64,000 bases of DNA. Origin: Podarcis tiliguerta (taxonomy: Eukaryota). Position 1 is the first letter of the stretch. Each line of letters opens with the position of its first letter. The notes beneath the pieces were generated by a model that saw only the letters and a list, made by a program, of their open reading frames with translations, had not been told where the DNA came from and did not search any database. This document shows positions 36,087-49,798 of the stretch, in pieces. Location of the stretch: the NCBI GenBank assembly GCA_965153285.1, contig OZ229110.1. The stretch is one strand, 5' to 3'. The translations under genes and the position numbers were made by a program.

Positions 36087-36759
36087 TATATACTTACCTG
36101 GCAGTAAGTGCCACCGAACACAGTAGGTTTTAATGCTGAGTAAACATGCACAGGGATTGCTCTGCATGAGACTCCTACAGATAGACACTTACTGCACTAC
36201 TTACAAGCCATATTTAGAAATATGGGCTGAACATCAGGCCAAAATAAAAAACTAAAAAGAGATAAAGACTGTGAAATCACAGAACTAATTACCATGGCAT
36301 GGCAACCCCTCTGCCTCCTCCCACGTGTACTTTCCCATTCCACAAGGTCCTTAAGCACAACCCTGTTCTTCATGCCCTGATTTACTAAGACGAGTACCAT
36401 TAGAGAAAGGAGTAAAATTTTTACAAAGGTTGTGTTTACACCCTGGAGCTCCCCTCCCAAGTAAGGCTTGCTCCCTAACTGTACTCTTGTCATACAATGA
36501 AGAACAGTTCTGCTACTAAAGAACTTTTTTCACTGCATTTCTGCTGCTCACTTTTCTATGCTATTTTTAATTGTTCTCAAAATTACACTAAGTGTTTAAG
36601 TCTTTTTTAAAAATAAAATAGTTAATTCATCTTTTTCTTTATTTACAAATAAAATGTAATGTTCTACAAGATTATCTGTAAATTAATGAACAATCCCAGA
36701 AGAATATCATTCCATGGGAACATGGAACAAAAGACCTGGACAACACTGAAACCCAAGTA

Positions 36760-36970
36760 CAGTGGTACCTCGGGATACATACGCTTCAGGTTACATACGC
36801 TTCAGGTTACAGACTCCGCTAGCCCAGAATAATACCTCGGGTTAAGAACTTTGCTTCAGGATGAGAACAGAAATCGTGCTCCGGCTAAAGTGGTGCTTCA
36901 GGTTAAGAACAGTTTCAGGTTAAGTACGGACCTCCAGAACAAATTAACTACTTAACCCGAGGTACCACTG
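36760..36970. mobile_element. pogo/Tigger-type MITE
   Basis: TA|CAGTGGTACCTCGGG...CCCGAGGTACCACTG|TA: perfect 15-bp TIRs and internal CTTCAGGTTA repeats. Confidence 0.9.
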
Positions 36971-37181
36971 TAACATCTTTATTCTTGCTACGTGATCAAC
37001 AACGAAGGATCAAAGTGTTCTGTTCAAGACTGGAACACCAGGAAAAGGCTAACTGTTTCCTGGCACAAGTGATGCAATTTGCTAATACTATAGCAATAAG
37101 CATGAAATAAATACTGGGGAAATGTGGCACATCAAACAGTACTAAACTCTGTTCTGCTACTTCTCAGTTTGTTCAAGTTAC

Positions 37182-37237
37182 CTCTTCCTCAAACAACTTG
37201 TCTTTCTGCCGCAGGATCTTATCATAGAGATTTCCCC
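37182..37237 (-). CDS. NEK9: NEK9 exon 3
   Basis: GNLYDKILRQKDKLFEEE, 56 nt. Confidence 0.95.
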
Positions 37238-37344
37238 CTGCAATTAAAAGAGAGAAATGCTTACCTATCGATTGTAAATGTTCTATTAGCATTTACCAGA
37301 AATCCTCCAGGAATTTGCCAGTTTCCCAAGCTTTTTCATTATTA

Positions 37345-37635
37345 TAACTATCACCTGCTCTTTTCCCTAAGCATCCCAAGGCAGGTTACAACAATCCAAA
37401 ATGCAGTTTAAAAGTATTTAAGAACTTATAATTAAAAAATACAATCATCATCTTTTGTGGTTTTTTTTAAGGGTGGGTTCTGAAAATGCACATCTCAGGT
37501 GTCAAAGGCCAAGGCAAAGAGGTGTGTATTTCTTATTTGCTGAAAGCTGTATAATGAAGTTGCTAGATGCACCTCTGTGGGGAGGGAGTTTCATAACTTA
37601 GGGGCTGCCACAAAGAATGCCCTCTTCCAGGCTTC
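37345..37635 (-). mobile_element. L2 LINE 3' fragment
   Basis: GGGAGGGAGTTTCATAACTTAGGGGCTGCCACAAAGAATGCCCT and AAGGCCAAGGCAAAGAGG are the reverse complement of an L2-type 3' region. Confidence 0.6.
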
Positions 37636-37857
37636 CCCTGCAAGACTCTGCAGATTTGTATCTGATTTATTGAGCATTTAGTGCCTCATCTTTCCTTTAG
37701 CTATTTCTGCTTCCCAAGTTTCTTCTTCCCACAAATACATTTTAGAATATGTATCTGCAAAACGTAAGTGGCAGTTCTCCAAGATGACTCTGGTTTGTGT
37801 TAGAACTGTCACTAAAGCCTGCCATCTATAAACAAGACAAAGTGATTCTGCATTTCA

Positions 37858-38121
<264 letters not shown>

Positions 38122-38910
38122 CTAAATGCACGTTTAATTTCTTACAAGGTATCAATCTTTTTTGCATTCACTTTCAGATTTAGTCTGAAAAATTCTCTAT
38201 GGGCATTTCCTTATCTCTGATGCCAAAAATCGCTATCTACAACTAACACTCTCTTCCTTTTGAATAATTATCAAATAGCATAAACTTTTCAGAAGAAAGG
38301 TTATTGTTATTTCACACACAACTCCACACAAACACTGTCTAAATTCGCTAACAGGAATTGATTAGTTCATAGGACTTGTCAGATATTCCAGCAACAACAT
38401 TATACTATTAAAAATGATATAAAAACTTGGGAGTAATTAGTATTATATCCTTGAAGCAGATTCCTGATCATTCTATGGTTTTATCTAGCCAGTCTATTAA
38501 CTCCCTGAAGCTATAGCAGAATCTGTGATCAGGGGCCTTCAGGTTCTCTGTAATGCCATATTAAAAATATATCACTGACTGAACTGTGCCATCAAGTTTC
38601 CTTTTCTGCACAGGAAATGCTAGTGAACTGCCCTGAGATATTTGAAGGGCGGTATATAAATTAAGTCAATCAATAAAGAAATAATAACCTACCACTGTTA
38701 ATGATGCTAAACAATTAATAAAATGGAAATGTATTAAGGGAAGAGTTTGGCTGATATTCTGGAAAGTGACAGAAGTGGGCATTTCTACCTCAACCTCCAA
38801 AAACCACAACTACACATCTTTGGGTCCTTTAAATTAACTGGGCCCTGTTAGCCTTTTTGCTGAGGAAGCCAATGATAGATGTATCCTTTCACAATCTATA
38901 TAGCACTAAC

Positions 38911-39046
38911 TAGGGTTGCCATATTTTGAAGAGCAAAAAAGAGGATGCTATGATGGCTATTCAAAGCAAATAAATGCATTTTGTCTCAAATCTCACCCCT
39001 GAAAAAGAGGACATGTCCTGGAAAAAAAGAACACATGGCAACTCTA
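38911..39046. mobile_element. hAT-Blackjack-type MITE
   Basis: TAGGGTTGCCAT...ATGGCAACTCTA TIRs, imperfect 8-bp TSD GCACTAAC / CCACTGAC. Confidence 0.75.
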
Positions 39047-39732
39047 CCACTGACTCACCAGCTCTGCAAAGGTTAGTGTCCATATGGGTGCGACACTTAT
39101 AACTTTGTGTAAGACACTTTCCTGAAAAGTTGTGCTTGTTTTTTCTGTCTATGACTATCCTTTGTTATCAGCCTCTGTGCACTGTAAATGATATGCCTGA
39201 CATATCCTTGCAGAAATATGATGCAGCTCTACAGCTGCCTTCTCCCTCTTCCATCCTGTCATTCTTTTTATCCCTGTACAGGAAGCTGTTTGAGAGGAAA
39301 TATCACCACTACATCCTTGTGCCACATTTCATTTTCAGCTACCCAAATTCCATCAGCTTCCAAGTGCCGAATTAGAACTGGGAATTAACAACTGGTATCA
39401 ATGGAAGCATCTCTCCCATGCCAAACAACAGCTTCAATTTTAGATGAGATCATGGGCCAGGAGAAAAGCGTTTACCCCTTTCCTTATGAATATCCAGATT
39501 AACCAGATGACATTTTCAGTTAAAAAATCAATCACACAACTCCAATGAGGCATTTAGCAACAAGTGTCCTTTAGCCCTAATTGCACCCAGTTCAAATTAA
39601 TGCAACAGAAGCTCCTGGGTTCTGCTTAAGCACCCTCCTGATTTGATCAACCCCTATCAGAGAGGCATATGTCTTCTGAGGGGCTCTCACACTTTCCAGA
39701 ATCAAGAACTGCTTTGTCATTTACCCTTCTGT

Positions 39733-39876
39733 GATAGCTCAGTTGGTACTGCATGAGATTCTTTATCTCCATATTGTGGGTTCAAGCCCCTCCTTGGGGA
39801 AAAGAGTCCCTGCATTGCAAGGGGTTGGACTAGATGACACCCCCCCCCCATGATCCCTTCCAACTTCGTGATTTCC
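39733..39876 (+). mobile_element. tRNA-Lys-headed, CR1-tailed SINE
   Basis: GATAGCTCAGTTGGTACTGCATGAGATTCTTTATCTCC..GGGTTCAAGCCCC..TTGGG followed by CCTGCATTGCAAGGGGTTGGACTAGATGA..CCCTTCCAACT. Confidence 0.8.
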
Positions 39877-40099
39877 GAAGTGTTAACTCGTGTCTTCCTT
39901 CGCGAACAACTCCCCTGAAGAACTGTTCACACTTTAGCCTAAGTATTCGCGCAGACGCTACTTGGATGCATGGCCAAAGTTTGCTTGCTTGCTTGCTTTC
40001 CTGGCTGGGTCTCTGGCGTCTTTGAACATCTGCAGGATATGTCAGTGACAAGGAAGGGAGGGAACCCCGAGGGGGTGGCTATCTAAGGAGCATTTCGTG

Positions 40100-41260
40100 C
40101 CCAATAATGCTGCCCTCCTTTGCGGGGTTAGAGCTGGGATTCAAACAACCGGGGAGGAGGGGAGCCTCTTCAGCCCGCAGACGGGAGGAGGAGGAGGAGG
40201 GAAAGAATGGCGGGGCGCGGCGGAGGCGGGCGCAGATTTACCTCGGTCCGGCGGTACAAGGTGGCCTCTCCGAAGGCGCCCCGGCCCAGGACGCGGATGG
40301 GGGCATAATGCAGCTCCTCTTGCTCGCCGCCTAGGACAGGGCCAGGCCGGGGGCCGCTCCTGCCGGAGGACTCGTTGTCGAAGTCGGAGTTGATGGAGTC
40401 GCAGTGCCGCTCGTACTCGCCCAGAGACATGGCCGCTGCCTGCCCTGGGGCTGAGGAAAGGGGCGCCGAGGCTTCCCTGCCGCAGGGCTCGAGCGCCAGC
40501 CGCGGCCCCGCTGCTGCGAGGGAGACGGTGGGCAGCAGCAGCAGCAGCAGCTTCCTGCTGTGGCCTCAGACGCTGCCGCGGATTCCACGGGGCTCCGGCA
40601 GTGCGCACGCGCGCGCCCCTCTCGCGGCCTCAGAAGCAGGCGAGCAGCAGGGTCCCGTCCACCCCTCGGGCTGCCCCTTGCCTTCCTTCACCGGCTTCCC
40701 GGAGGCCCCGCGGGCCCCCTACGCTCCATGTTGGCGGCTTCTCCCGACCCGGAACCACTTCAAGCTCAGGCGCGGCCTCGCGGCAGGGAGGTTCGCGACA
40801 GGCCGTTGGCGAACCAGGCGCGAGGCCGAGGGGAGAGCCACGCGGGGAGCTGGCGGGAGCAGCGCCTCTGAGGGGTTGTCGTGTGCGCGCCTCGCTTGCA
40901 TTTCAGAAGACGCCGTCCGCGTCCCTGCCGAGCCCCAAAAGGCAGCTCGCTATTGTCCCTGCTCTAAATAAAATGATGGGGCGGCTGTTGCTTCGCGGGG
41001 ATTTGAGCCGGATCCTCCCATGCCGCTTGGGCTGTCCCCTTTTTGCAACAAGCGATAGTCTCCCCCTCGAGGTGCTTGCTTGCATCCCGGGCCAAGGGAA
41101 AGCGCGGCCACCGGCTGCTCTCCGGCGTTTTAAGCCGGGGTTGTTGTTTTTTTTACTAGCGTCGCTTCACCTAGTTTTGGCATTTCCCGTGACTAGAAAT
41201 AAAAAGGACATTTGGCCGGTGACTTCGTTCGAAAGATTCCCGGTGTGAAGTAAACCCATT
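40100..41260 (-). promoter_or_regulatory. NEK9: CpG island, NEK9 promoter and 5' UTR
   Basis: Very CpG-rich. NRF1-like TGCGCACGCGC at 40602. Short (CAG)6 at about 40533-40550 in the 5' UTR region. Confidence 0.85.
40242..40430 (-). CDS. NEK9: NEK9 exon 1 (serine/threonine kinase Nek9; 22 exons, 2895-nt CDS, 964 aa)
   Basis: [17 protein letters not shown]...[28 protein letters not shown]|GTAAAT. All 22 exons join in frame with GT-AG boundaries. Confidence 0.96.
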
Positions 41261-41549
41261 TACTACAAAAGGCTGAGCAGCACGAATCATCCACAATGAG
41301 CTTCGTGCTGTCGCGGTTTCCCCAGCTGTTGGCAGAATATGTTCCACGAGTTTTTAGCCCTGAAGATGCTTCCGGACTCTGCATATTAGGACAGTTGTTC
41401 ACGTAGGTTTTTTTAGTAGTCTGCATGCACACTTAAAATATACAGACACAAAAAGCCCACAAAAACACAGTATCTCTGTGGAACCCTCCCTTCAGATGTC
41501 AAGGAGAAAAATAACTACGGTACCTAACTTTTAGAAGGCAGCCCTATAT

Positions 41550-41670
41550 CGGGAAGTTTTTAATGTTTGATGTTTTATTATGTTTCGATATATGCTGTAA
41601 GCCACCCAGAGTGGCTGGAGAAATCCAGCCAGATGGGCAGGGTATAAATAATAAAATTGTTGTTGTTATC
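41550..41670 (+). mobile_element. L2 LINE 3' tail
   Basis: TGTAAGCCACCCAGAGTGGCTGG...AGATGGGCAGGGTATAAATAATAAA. Confidence 0.65.
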
Positions 41671-42374
41671 TACACGTTGGTTATTCTTGGAAACTCCTGT
41701 GTAGGTATTTGTATATGAAACAGATAATTATTAGTAAAGTATCACCAAGGCATGCATTCTTTTTCTCTTACATGGATGGTGAGCAATGGACTGAATATTC
41801 ACTTAAACATGAAAGAATTGAGTGCTCCATTATTATCCCTCACCACTGCACACCATTCTTTGTTAACATATACTACTGGGCACTATTGAAGACAGGGTAT
41901 TCAAGGTTATTAAAAACATGTTTTATTATACTATTCATATAAAAATAAGGACACACAAAGTACCTTTCATCACCATAAAAACAGAATGCAATGATTACCT
42001 ATTTCCACCAAGTTATATACCAGGAATGGGGAACCTGTAGGCCTTAAAATGTTGGCTGGCCTTCAGTCACAACAAGCCGAGGTGGATTTAGGGGAGCACA
42101 GCCAGTTTGGTCGCACTGGGCACAGAGCCTTGGGACACTGCAACTATGATATAGAATGGCAGGCAAGAGGCGTGTGTGTATGTATTTTGGCATCACACAG
42201 GGCACCGCTGAAATTTGAGACCAAGGTCCACCATTGCATGTCAATTCTAAGAGCAACGCAAGAAAAAAGCTGAGATACTGACTGTAGGAGTGAATCAGAC
42301 ACAAAGTTCTCAAAATCTTTTATTACTGCCCAACACATTCTGAAAACAATAAATTTATTCGGGGGGGGGGGCTT

Positions 42375-42800
42375 AGTTTTGAGCTATAAAGTCTTAAATG
42401 GCTCAGAACCACAATACCTCAAGAAGCATCTCTCCCCTTATGAACTGACCCATACCCTACAATCATAATCTGAGGCCCTTCATGTGCCGCCTCAGCGAGG
42501 TCTGGAGGGTGGCAACACTGAGAATTGGCCTCTTCTGTGGTGGCCCCCACTTGTTAAATGCCCTCTCCAGGGAGACTCCCCTGGTGTCTTCGTTACGTAT
42601 CTTTAGGCACCAGGCAAAAAAAAATTCCTGTTCTGCCAGGCCTTCCTTCAGCTAATTAAACAATCTGTGACTTTTTAAACTGTAGTGGCAGGGGATTGAG
42701 GGTTTTTTGTCATTATGGTATGTATTTTTGTGTTTTTAATATTGTAAACTGCCCTGTGATCTTTGGGTGAAGGGCAGTATAGAAATTAAATTAAAATTTA
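42375..42800 (+). mobile_element. L2 LINE 3' fragment lying between two halves of a hAT MITE
   Basis: CTATAAAGTCTTAAATGGCTCAG...GGCCTCTTCTGTGGTGGCCCC...TGTAAACTGCCCTG..AGGGCAGTATAGAAAT. Confidence 0.7.
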
Positions 42801-45800
42801 TTATTTTTCTCTGATTTATTCCAGCTGTAATCCAACAGCATCTGGAGTACCACAGGCTCCCCACTCCTGTTCTAAGTGGTCAGGATTCACACCCATTACC
42901 AGAACTAAAAGTGAACTTTAATTACATGAGTCACTCAAAATTCAGTTTTTCATCAACACAACTTGCAATAATAAAACATCCTGTATTTTAGACATTTGCT
43001 CACAGGACAGCTTGCTAAAAAAGATCTGATCTGATACAGCAGGGTTAACAATATAAAGCAGTATCTTTAAAGGAAAGTTTGCCCCCGCACAGGGTTAAAT
43101 GGAACAAAAACTGAATTGAAGCATTTTCAATGTAGCAATTTACTCCCATATCAACCAGCAGTAAAGTACTTCACCTTAATTAGCTAGCCCCACTACTTCA
43201 GTGGAGAGTAAAATTATTGTACTCTCTTTTGTTCACAACCTGACAGTAAGAGCAGAGGTTCCTGCTCATTGCAAAACAGCAGACCATAAAATTTAATAGC
43301 TGAGGAACTACTACCTTTTTGTTTTCCAGAGTTAGAATAAAAGCAATATACAGAAATCACATTCTCTGGAACTTTGTTGAGGGGGGGATGACTGACTCAG
43401 CACTATTTCTGTCCAAAGCCTGCAGTGCATTTGGATACACTCACTCCAAATTACTCAGTGCAGTTTCTGTATCCAGCCCTGGGAAGAAAGATGGTTGGTG
43501 AAACATCTTATCCCTACAAGGCTGGTTGGATGTTTTCAGTCCTGGGTCACTGGTGCCTCTGAAGTCGCACAAAGTGCCTTTCTTAAACCACTACCAAATC
43601 CAGCATACCTTATCTTTGGAACTTGAGTCATACTCCTGTTTCAGAATATTAACTGTTAGAAAACAGCTTTGCAGCACTTACTTGAAGCAAGGGCAAGTGG
43701 ACAGAGTGTGCTAACTTGAAGATGCTGGGAATTTCCCCTTCTTAAAGATCTCACATTGTACTTTCAAACTAGACTTCTTCACATCTGACTGAACAAGCCC
43801 TCGGAGGTATTTGACTCGGCACTATTCAAATACGGTAGTCTAGAGAAGGCAGCTCTAAAGCGGGCTAGTTGTAACCTGCAATGCAAGTTCTTTGTGCAAT
43901 GAGACTAAACTTGATACACACAGAAGGATGGATTTCACCAACTTCCCAGTTATCAGGTTGCAAACTCCTTTGAAAACAACCTGCACTCAGATTTGTAATC
44001 TTTCACTTCAGTCAACTGTGATTGGGAGTCAGTTGAGTGCTGCGAGGGGGAAACACTTTATTACCATCCTCAACTGCCATTCCCAGTCAACATCCCCATG
44101 CAGTGCACCTTGGAATGTAAGTAACACTACTTCCAGCAACAGGGTTGAATTTCTTCAAATGTAACTGGTTTTTACCCCAAAGCAAGTGCTCTAAGATAGC
44201 GTTAGAAGTGCCATGCAAGCTCTGTTTTAAGGTTGCTGTTGTTAACAGCTGGAACTAGGCAGCCTGGAAACCTGGTAAACATACACCATATGCACATGGT
44301 ATGGGGGGGATGCATAATTGTGCTGAATTTCACACAATCCATACAGAATCAACTTCTGTTCCAAAGCAACAAGGATACAAATCAGTCCCCACTCCCTCAT
44401 AAGGCTAGCTGCTAGCACAAGCACCCCAGACATCAAGCTGCTAGCATTCCTTCAGCTAATTTTATTAACTGACAAATCAGATGTGCTAATTGTGTGCAAT
44501 GGCTCCATCCACCAAGGCAAAGAGCAATCAGTCACTGACTTAACACACACAGACATGCTGCTCTTCCTTCAGGAAACTCAAAAGTAGTTTAATAAGAGAG
44601 AACATGCAGAAAGTGTTTGTTTTAGGGAGGGACTAGGCTGAGATCTAGCAAACATGAAGAGTTTTCTGCGTTCTAATACGATAATCCAGAGAAGTCTCTT
44701 TTAGTTTTAATTAACCCTTTCAGAGATAACTGATTTATTGCCAAAGAGGTTACCACGATTTGCTCTACAACTTGAAAACCATTTAATGTTAAGAACTAGG
44801 GATGGTTGAGCTTGCTATTTGGGTCAGTATGATATTTTGGGTAAAGCTTTGGGTTTCGTTGTAGGGTTCTAGGTTCAAGTTCCTACTTAACTGTGAGCCT
44901 CTCTTGGTGGGGATGATAAATGAGGTACGTTATTATACCTGTACACTGAAGCAAAGTACAGAAATGATTCTGGTGTCTTGTAAAGATAAGACTTTCACCC
45001 AGGCCTTTTTAATCCTGACCTATAATGCTTTATCCTGTTTTTACTAGATTTCTCTTTTATTGTTTTATGCTTGCAATTTTGTACACCGCTTCGAATTAAC
45101 AGTTTAGAAATGCTTTTTTCAATCAATCAAACAAACAAACAAACAAACAATCTACTTAAGTAACAGATGCTAGAAGGAAATAACTGATTAAGTAAATTAA
45201 TGCATAAGCTTTTGAAAGATTTACAGAGACACCGGACTGGAGAGCATGTCCCCCCCACAAAACTTTTATTGAGAAAAATTGACAAATCCCCAACTCGCTT
45301 GTTACAGGTAAGTCTGTACAGGTTTCCACTGCCCGTTCTACTCAGCTTCAGTTACACCACGAGTTAGAAGTGAAGCCATGTCAAGCTACACCACCAATGG
45401 TTCTCAAGACGTCACATAACCCATCAAAAAAGGTCATTTCTCATTGGCAAAGTAGTGGCAAATTAAAATGAAAGGCCAACAGGGTACCAAAAAGATGCTT
45501 TTGCTTTGAACTGTAGAAAATTTGCTATGGGAGTCTAAAAAGAGGAGCCCAAAAGTACTCACTACACCTGTAGCACAATCTTCCAGCACAGTTTCTATTT
45601 ATTAACTGTTTCCAAAGGAAAAAAAGATAAGCAGGAAAGGTCTTATGCTCTGAATTTAAAAGCAGCACTGGACACATGAAGGCAAAACTCACAACAGTAA
45701 TTTTGGGTTGTGGGAGAAGAGACATTTTACAAGTTCCAGCGTTTCTGATCGGTGTAGTTAGCTCTCAACATTTAGGCTTAAGGAAATTTGCAGAAGGACA

Positions 45801-47322
45801 TTTTCCCTCTGCCTTCTCCATTTGCCACTATCAGTACCCCCTGGTTTTTCAGTGTGGGATGGGGAGTGGGAGGGTGGCTGAGGGAGGGGAGACAAGGATG
45901 GGAAACTTCCCCTTCACAAACATCCTTAGGATTCAAAATGGATTTGGGGTGATTTCCCCACTTCCCCTGTTCCCCTTGTGTATCATCCTGTGTTGTTCAA
46001 GAGGGGGCCCCAACCCTGCCAAGGGGCTTTTTAGGGGACATAAGTGCCTGCAAGGGAAAGGAGGGGACATTAAGATTTATTTGTGAATTTAAGTTGGGAC
46101 CCAAGACTTTTTTTTTGTGATACACTGATCTCAAACTTGATATGTTTTGAGTCAGGGATGATGTATTTGTTGCTGCTATAAGCCCTGAAACTTGTAGAGC
46201 CCAGAAAAGGCACAAATGTCTTAAAAACTGAAATGACACTACAGCTCATCTACAGTTGCTCCCACTGACTCACCTGCCTGCCATTTTGCATCAAAATAAC
46301 TTCCGGTTTCTTGTTGTGGGAAACGGCTGCCTCCCACACGAATGGTCCCCAGCCGTGCCAGTAATTCAGGGTTGATATGGGGGTAATTAACCCTGGCAGA
46401 CTCCCCAGGGTTATATGGTGGGTTATAAGCATCTGGATATAACTTACAAGTTCATTAAAATGCAGGTCTAAGATTGCCCCAACTTCTATCTTTGGTAGAA
46501 GACAGGGTTTTATATCACCCATGGGGGTGAGGGAGAAGAGACCTATTCCCCTCCCCTAAGGATTAACCCAACTGTGTATTCAAGTATGCATCAAGCTGGT
46601 GCCTCTTACCATTAAAAATGGCTTTTCACAGTATCCAAGGTGCTTTCAAGAACTGCTTCATTTTAGAACAAGGGAAGCAATGACTTCAGAGAATGGGATA
46701 GGATGAAAACAAGAGCATTTGTAGATAAAGCCTTTCTTCTGTAATTTAAACAAGACAGCTCTGTTATTTTCCAACTGTTCTTCCTGCTTCTACACATAAA
46801 AGTATCAAATATTCTGACAGACAAATGCCACTGGCAGTTCCTTCTCCACTCCAAAAGTGTAGCTACTGATCAATTGGCAACAAGATCTGCTTCTGGGATG
46901 GTTGACTCCGAGTGGCTCCCTCTCAAAACTCTGTGGTAAGAGATAGAATTCTGAAAGTTTAACAAATTGCATGTATTCAAGTGGCTTAGAGGATCAATCT
47001 GGTGACATACAGGAAGAGATCACCTGACCTCATTTGTAAGGGAGAGAAAAAGACAGCGTAAGAGCCAACCACAGCTGTCATGACAGTTTTATTTCATCCC
47101 TGTCCAAGAGTCCCCAAAATCACAACTCCCACCATCTTCCATGTCTATCCAATAATAGTTCAGAAGCATCTTGACAGTGTTCTATACCAGTATTTCCCTC
47201 CCTCCCCCTGGGGAGCCATTGCAGAAAAAGCTCTGTTTGGCAGGTCAACCCTGAGGTGGCTCTAAACAGCCATAGTTGGGTCTCTGTTGTTCTGTTGGGG
47301 TTTAAAAGAGGGGAAACTGCCC

Positions 47323-47444
47323 CTATTCAATCAGCTTCTTGGCCTTGAAGAAACGACGCAAATAGAAGACCTGCCAGGTAGCCAGTCCAATGAGGCAGAA
47401 CATCGAAAAAATGCTGAAGTATAGTACCCGAATGTTGGTAGATT
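47323..47444 (-). CDS. TMED10: TMED10 (p24delta1/TMP21) last exon
   Basis: [40 protein letters not shown]: TM helix, FF motif and dilysine (KK) COPI retrieval signal. Confidence 0.97.
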
Positions 47445-48322
47445 CTGAAACGGAAAAACAAAAAGCTTGTTACTCAGAACAAATGGCAATAATCCCTAAG
47501 CCAGCCCTCCAATGCCTTCAACCCCACAAACCACCTAGTATCTTTTCATCTGAAGCATTCATATAAAACTAAGTACCAGAAAGATAAGCTCTTTGAACTG
47601 TGGGCCAAGTGGATCCACAAAAGGCTCAGCTTTCATTCAGTAAAAAAAAAAAGGAGCAACTCAAGATCCTCTCTCATGGCTACTTAAATCTGAAAATTGT
47701 GCAGGCAGAAATTATTACCATTTCTATGACTATTATTATACAGGGGTTTTTGCGAAAGGCTTTGGTGTTCACAGATGGAGCCACACAAGAATATTGGTTC
47801 CTTCACCATAGAATTTTTATCCCTCTGCTGCCAACCTCTTGCCTATACCTCTATTTCTGTTTCACACTTCCCACTGGAAGAGGGGAAAGTCAAAATTCTA
47901 CAAAAGCTAATAAGAGTAAAATACACACTGGAGTTGTACAAATAAGTACAAAATAAAATTTTGCCCATTACATGCTACACACAGAAACTGAATTTTCTTG
48001 GGGCCAAATAAGAAGAGTCCTGGCTGCAGATAATAACAAGAAAATAACAGAATCCCAAGTGAGTGTAAAGAGAAGGGAGTGCCATGACTCTAGTAGATTT
48101 GGTGGAAAGGGGCTCATGGGCATAGCAGCATAACAGTTATGGTGGTGAAACATTCCAGTGATCCTAACAGTATGTTTATAAGTTGATAGATGATGCATCA
48201 GACAGCCTTGTCTACACTATAAAGCAGGTATCAAATAAGCATCATGGTAACATTATCCCCAACCATATCCATTAGTGAGAGAAACTTAACAACAATACTA
48301 CTTCCTGAGTTGGAGTACGTAC

Positions 48323-48449
48323 CATTGGTGTCCCGCATCTCCTCTTCCCGCTTCTTCATGTAGGCAAAGTCATTGACAATAGACTCTGAAAGATCCTCCA
48401 GGCGTCGCAGCTCCAGCTCCAGTGGCTTCAGCTTCTCTACTTTAGCAAT
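48323..48449 (-). CDS. TMED10: TMED10 exon 4
   Basis: [42 protein letters not shown], 127 nt. Confidence 0.96.
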
Positions 48450-49319
48450 CTGTGAAAAAGAGAGACAGAGACTGAAAATCACAGCCAGAGTAAGATTGTG
48501 TTCCCATCACTTGAAAAAAGAGTCCTGATGCAAACAGTCCTGTCTGTGGCATAGCCTCTAGCGACAAAATCAAAACCAAACTAACTAACCACTTGCACCA
48601 CAGAGAATGCAAATGAAAGAATGGGGAGGGTGGAGGGAGAGCCTTGAATAGACATCCACATCTGCTGTTCGTAACCAGGGAGGATGTCTTCTTGTTCAAT
48701 TGCCTCCTTTTCAGGGCCTTGGCATGCATCTCCCCTCCTGGGTAACCTAAAATAATAATCTGGAAACCTTCACAGTAGATGTTTGAGGTCAAGAAAGCCA
48801 TTGTTTTTCAGCCAACAGATTCTCCAATATCCTTAATTTCCTAGAGATGTTAGGAACTTTTCCAGTGCCTAAACCAGTGACAAAGCCACTTTGATAGTTT
48901 CTTATTTTAAAACAATCAAGCAGTATATAAATGTAAATAAATATTGAACACACACATCAAATCTATAATAAGACACCCATATTTGCATTTCCCAGGAGGG
49001 GAGATACATGCCAAAAGCTGTGCAAAGGCAACCTTTTAACAAGATGGTAGCCTCTCCATATAGCACATATGGATGTCTAACCAAGTGTTTTCAGTTTTTT
49101 CATTTGCATTCTCTATGGTGCAACTGTCAAATCGGTTTTCATTTTACACTACACTTCAAATTTCAAGAGGAGGGAGTACAAAATGTTTGGTGAGAGGATT
49201 TTCATTTTGTGGCTCCAGATGAACAGCACAAGAAACATTTAATAAATTTTGTAGATTAATTAAGAACAGAAATGCATGCCTTGCTGATGAGGAGTACACC
49301 TCTTACTTATCAAACTACA

Positions 49320-49620
49320 AAAGCCTGGGCAAATAAAGATGTTTTCAATCAGCATTTGAAACCTCACAATGTGGGACAGTTGCATTGCTAAGGGCCATTA
49401 TTCCAGAGTAGGGGACCTACTACAGAGAAGGCCCATCTATACATCCTTTTAATCTAAAACCTGGCAGGGGGCAGTGAACAAGCCCTACCCTACCAATCTT
49501 AAGGACTGAATTGGCTTGCATTGAATGAGGAGCTCCTGCAGGTATCTGGACCCCAAGCTTTGTAAACCACCACCAGCACTTTGAATTGAGCCCAGGAGCA
49601 TATAGGGAGCCACTGCAGTG
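49320..49620 (-). mobile_element. L2 LINE fragment
   Basis: AAAGCCTGGGCAAATAAAGATGTTTTC...ACAGAGAAGGCCC...ACCAGCACTTTGAATTGAGCCCAG. Confidence 0.6.
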
Positions 49621-49676
49621 CTTTACTCCCAGCTAAATGGGTACAGGACTGCAGCCTAAGAGTAATCTGGTATCAA

Positions 49677-49798
49677 CAGGCCCATGCAGAGCTTGTCTTA
49701 GGCCCGGGTCGGTCTTGGCATGACAGCGGCCCATTAGGGCCCCCTGGCCCTCTTAGGCCTCCCCCAGGGCAAGTGTACCTGGCTGCCACATGGGCCTG
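49677..49798. mobile_element. hAT-type MITE (same family as 62517-62684, opposite orientation)
   Basis: CAGGCCCATG...CATGGGCCTG TIRs, imperfect TSD GGTATCAA / GGTATAAC. Confidence 0.7.

Noticed and set aside
39733-39800. Functional tRNA genes (also at 17488, 32919, 63070)
   Set aside because: Cloverleafs are degenerate and fused to LINE tails; these are SINEs.
40097-41248. Long plus-strand ORFs (198 and 215 aa) over the NEK9 promoter
   Set aside because: Low-complexity Ala/Arg/Pro/Gly products typical of CpG islands.
41360-41390. CTGAAGA hammerhead-like box
   Set aside because: No following stem-GAAA core.
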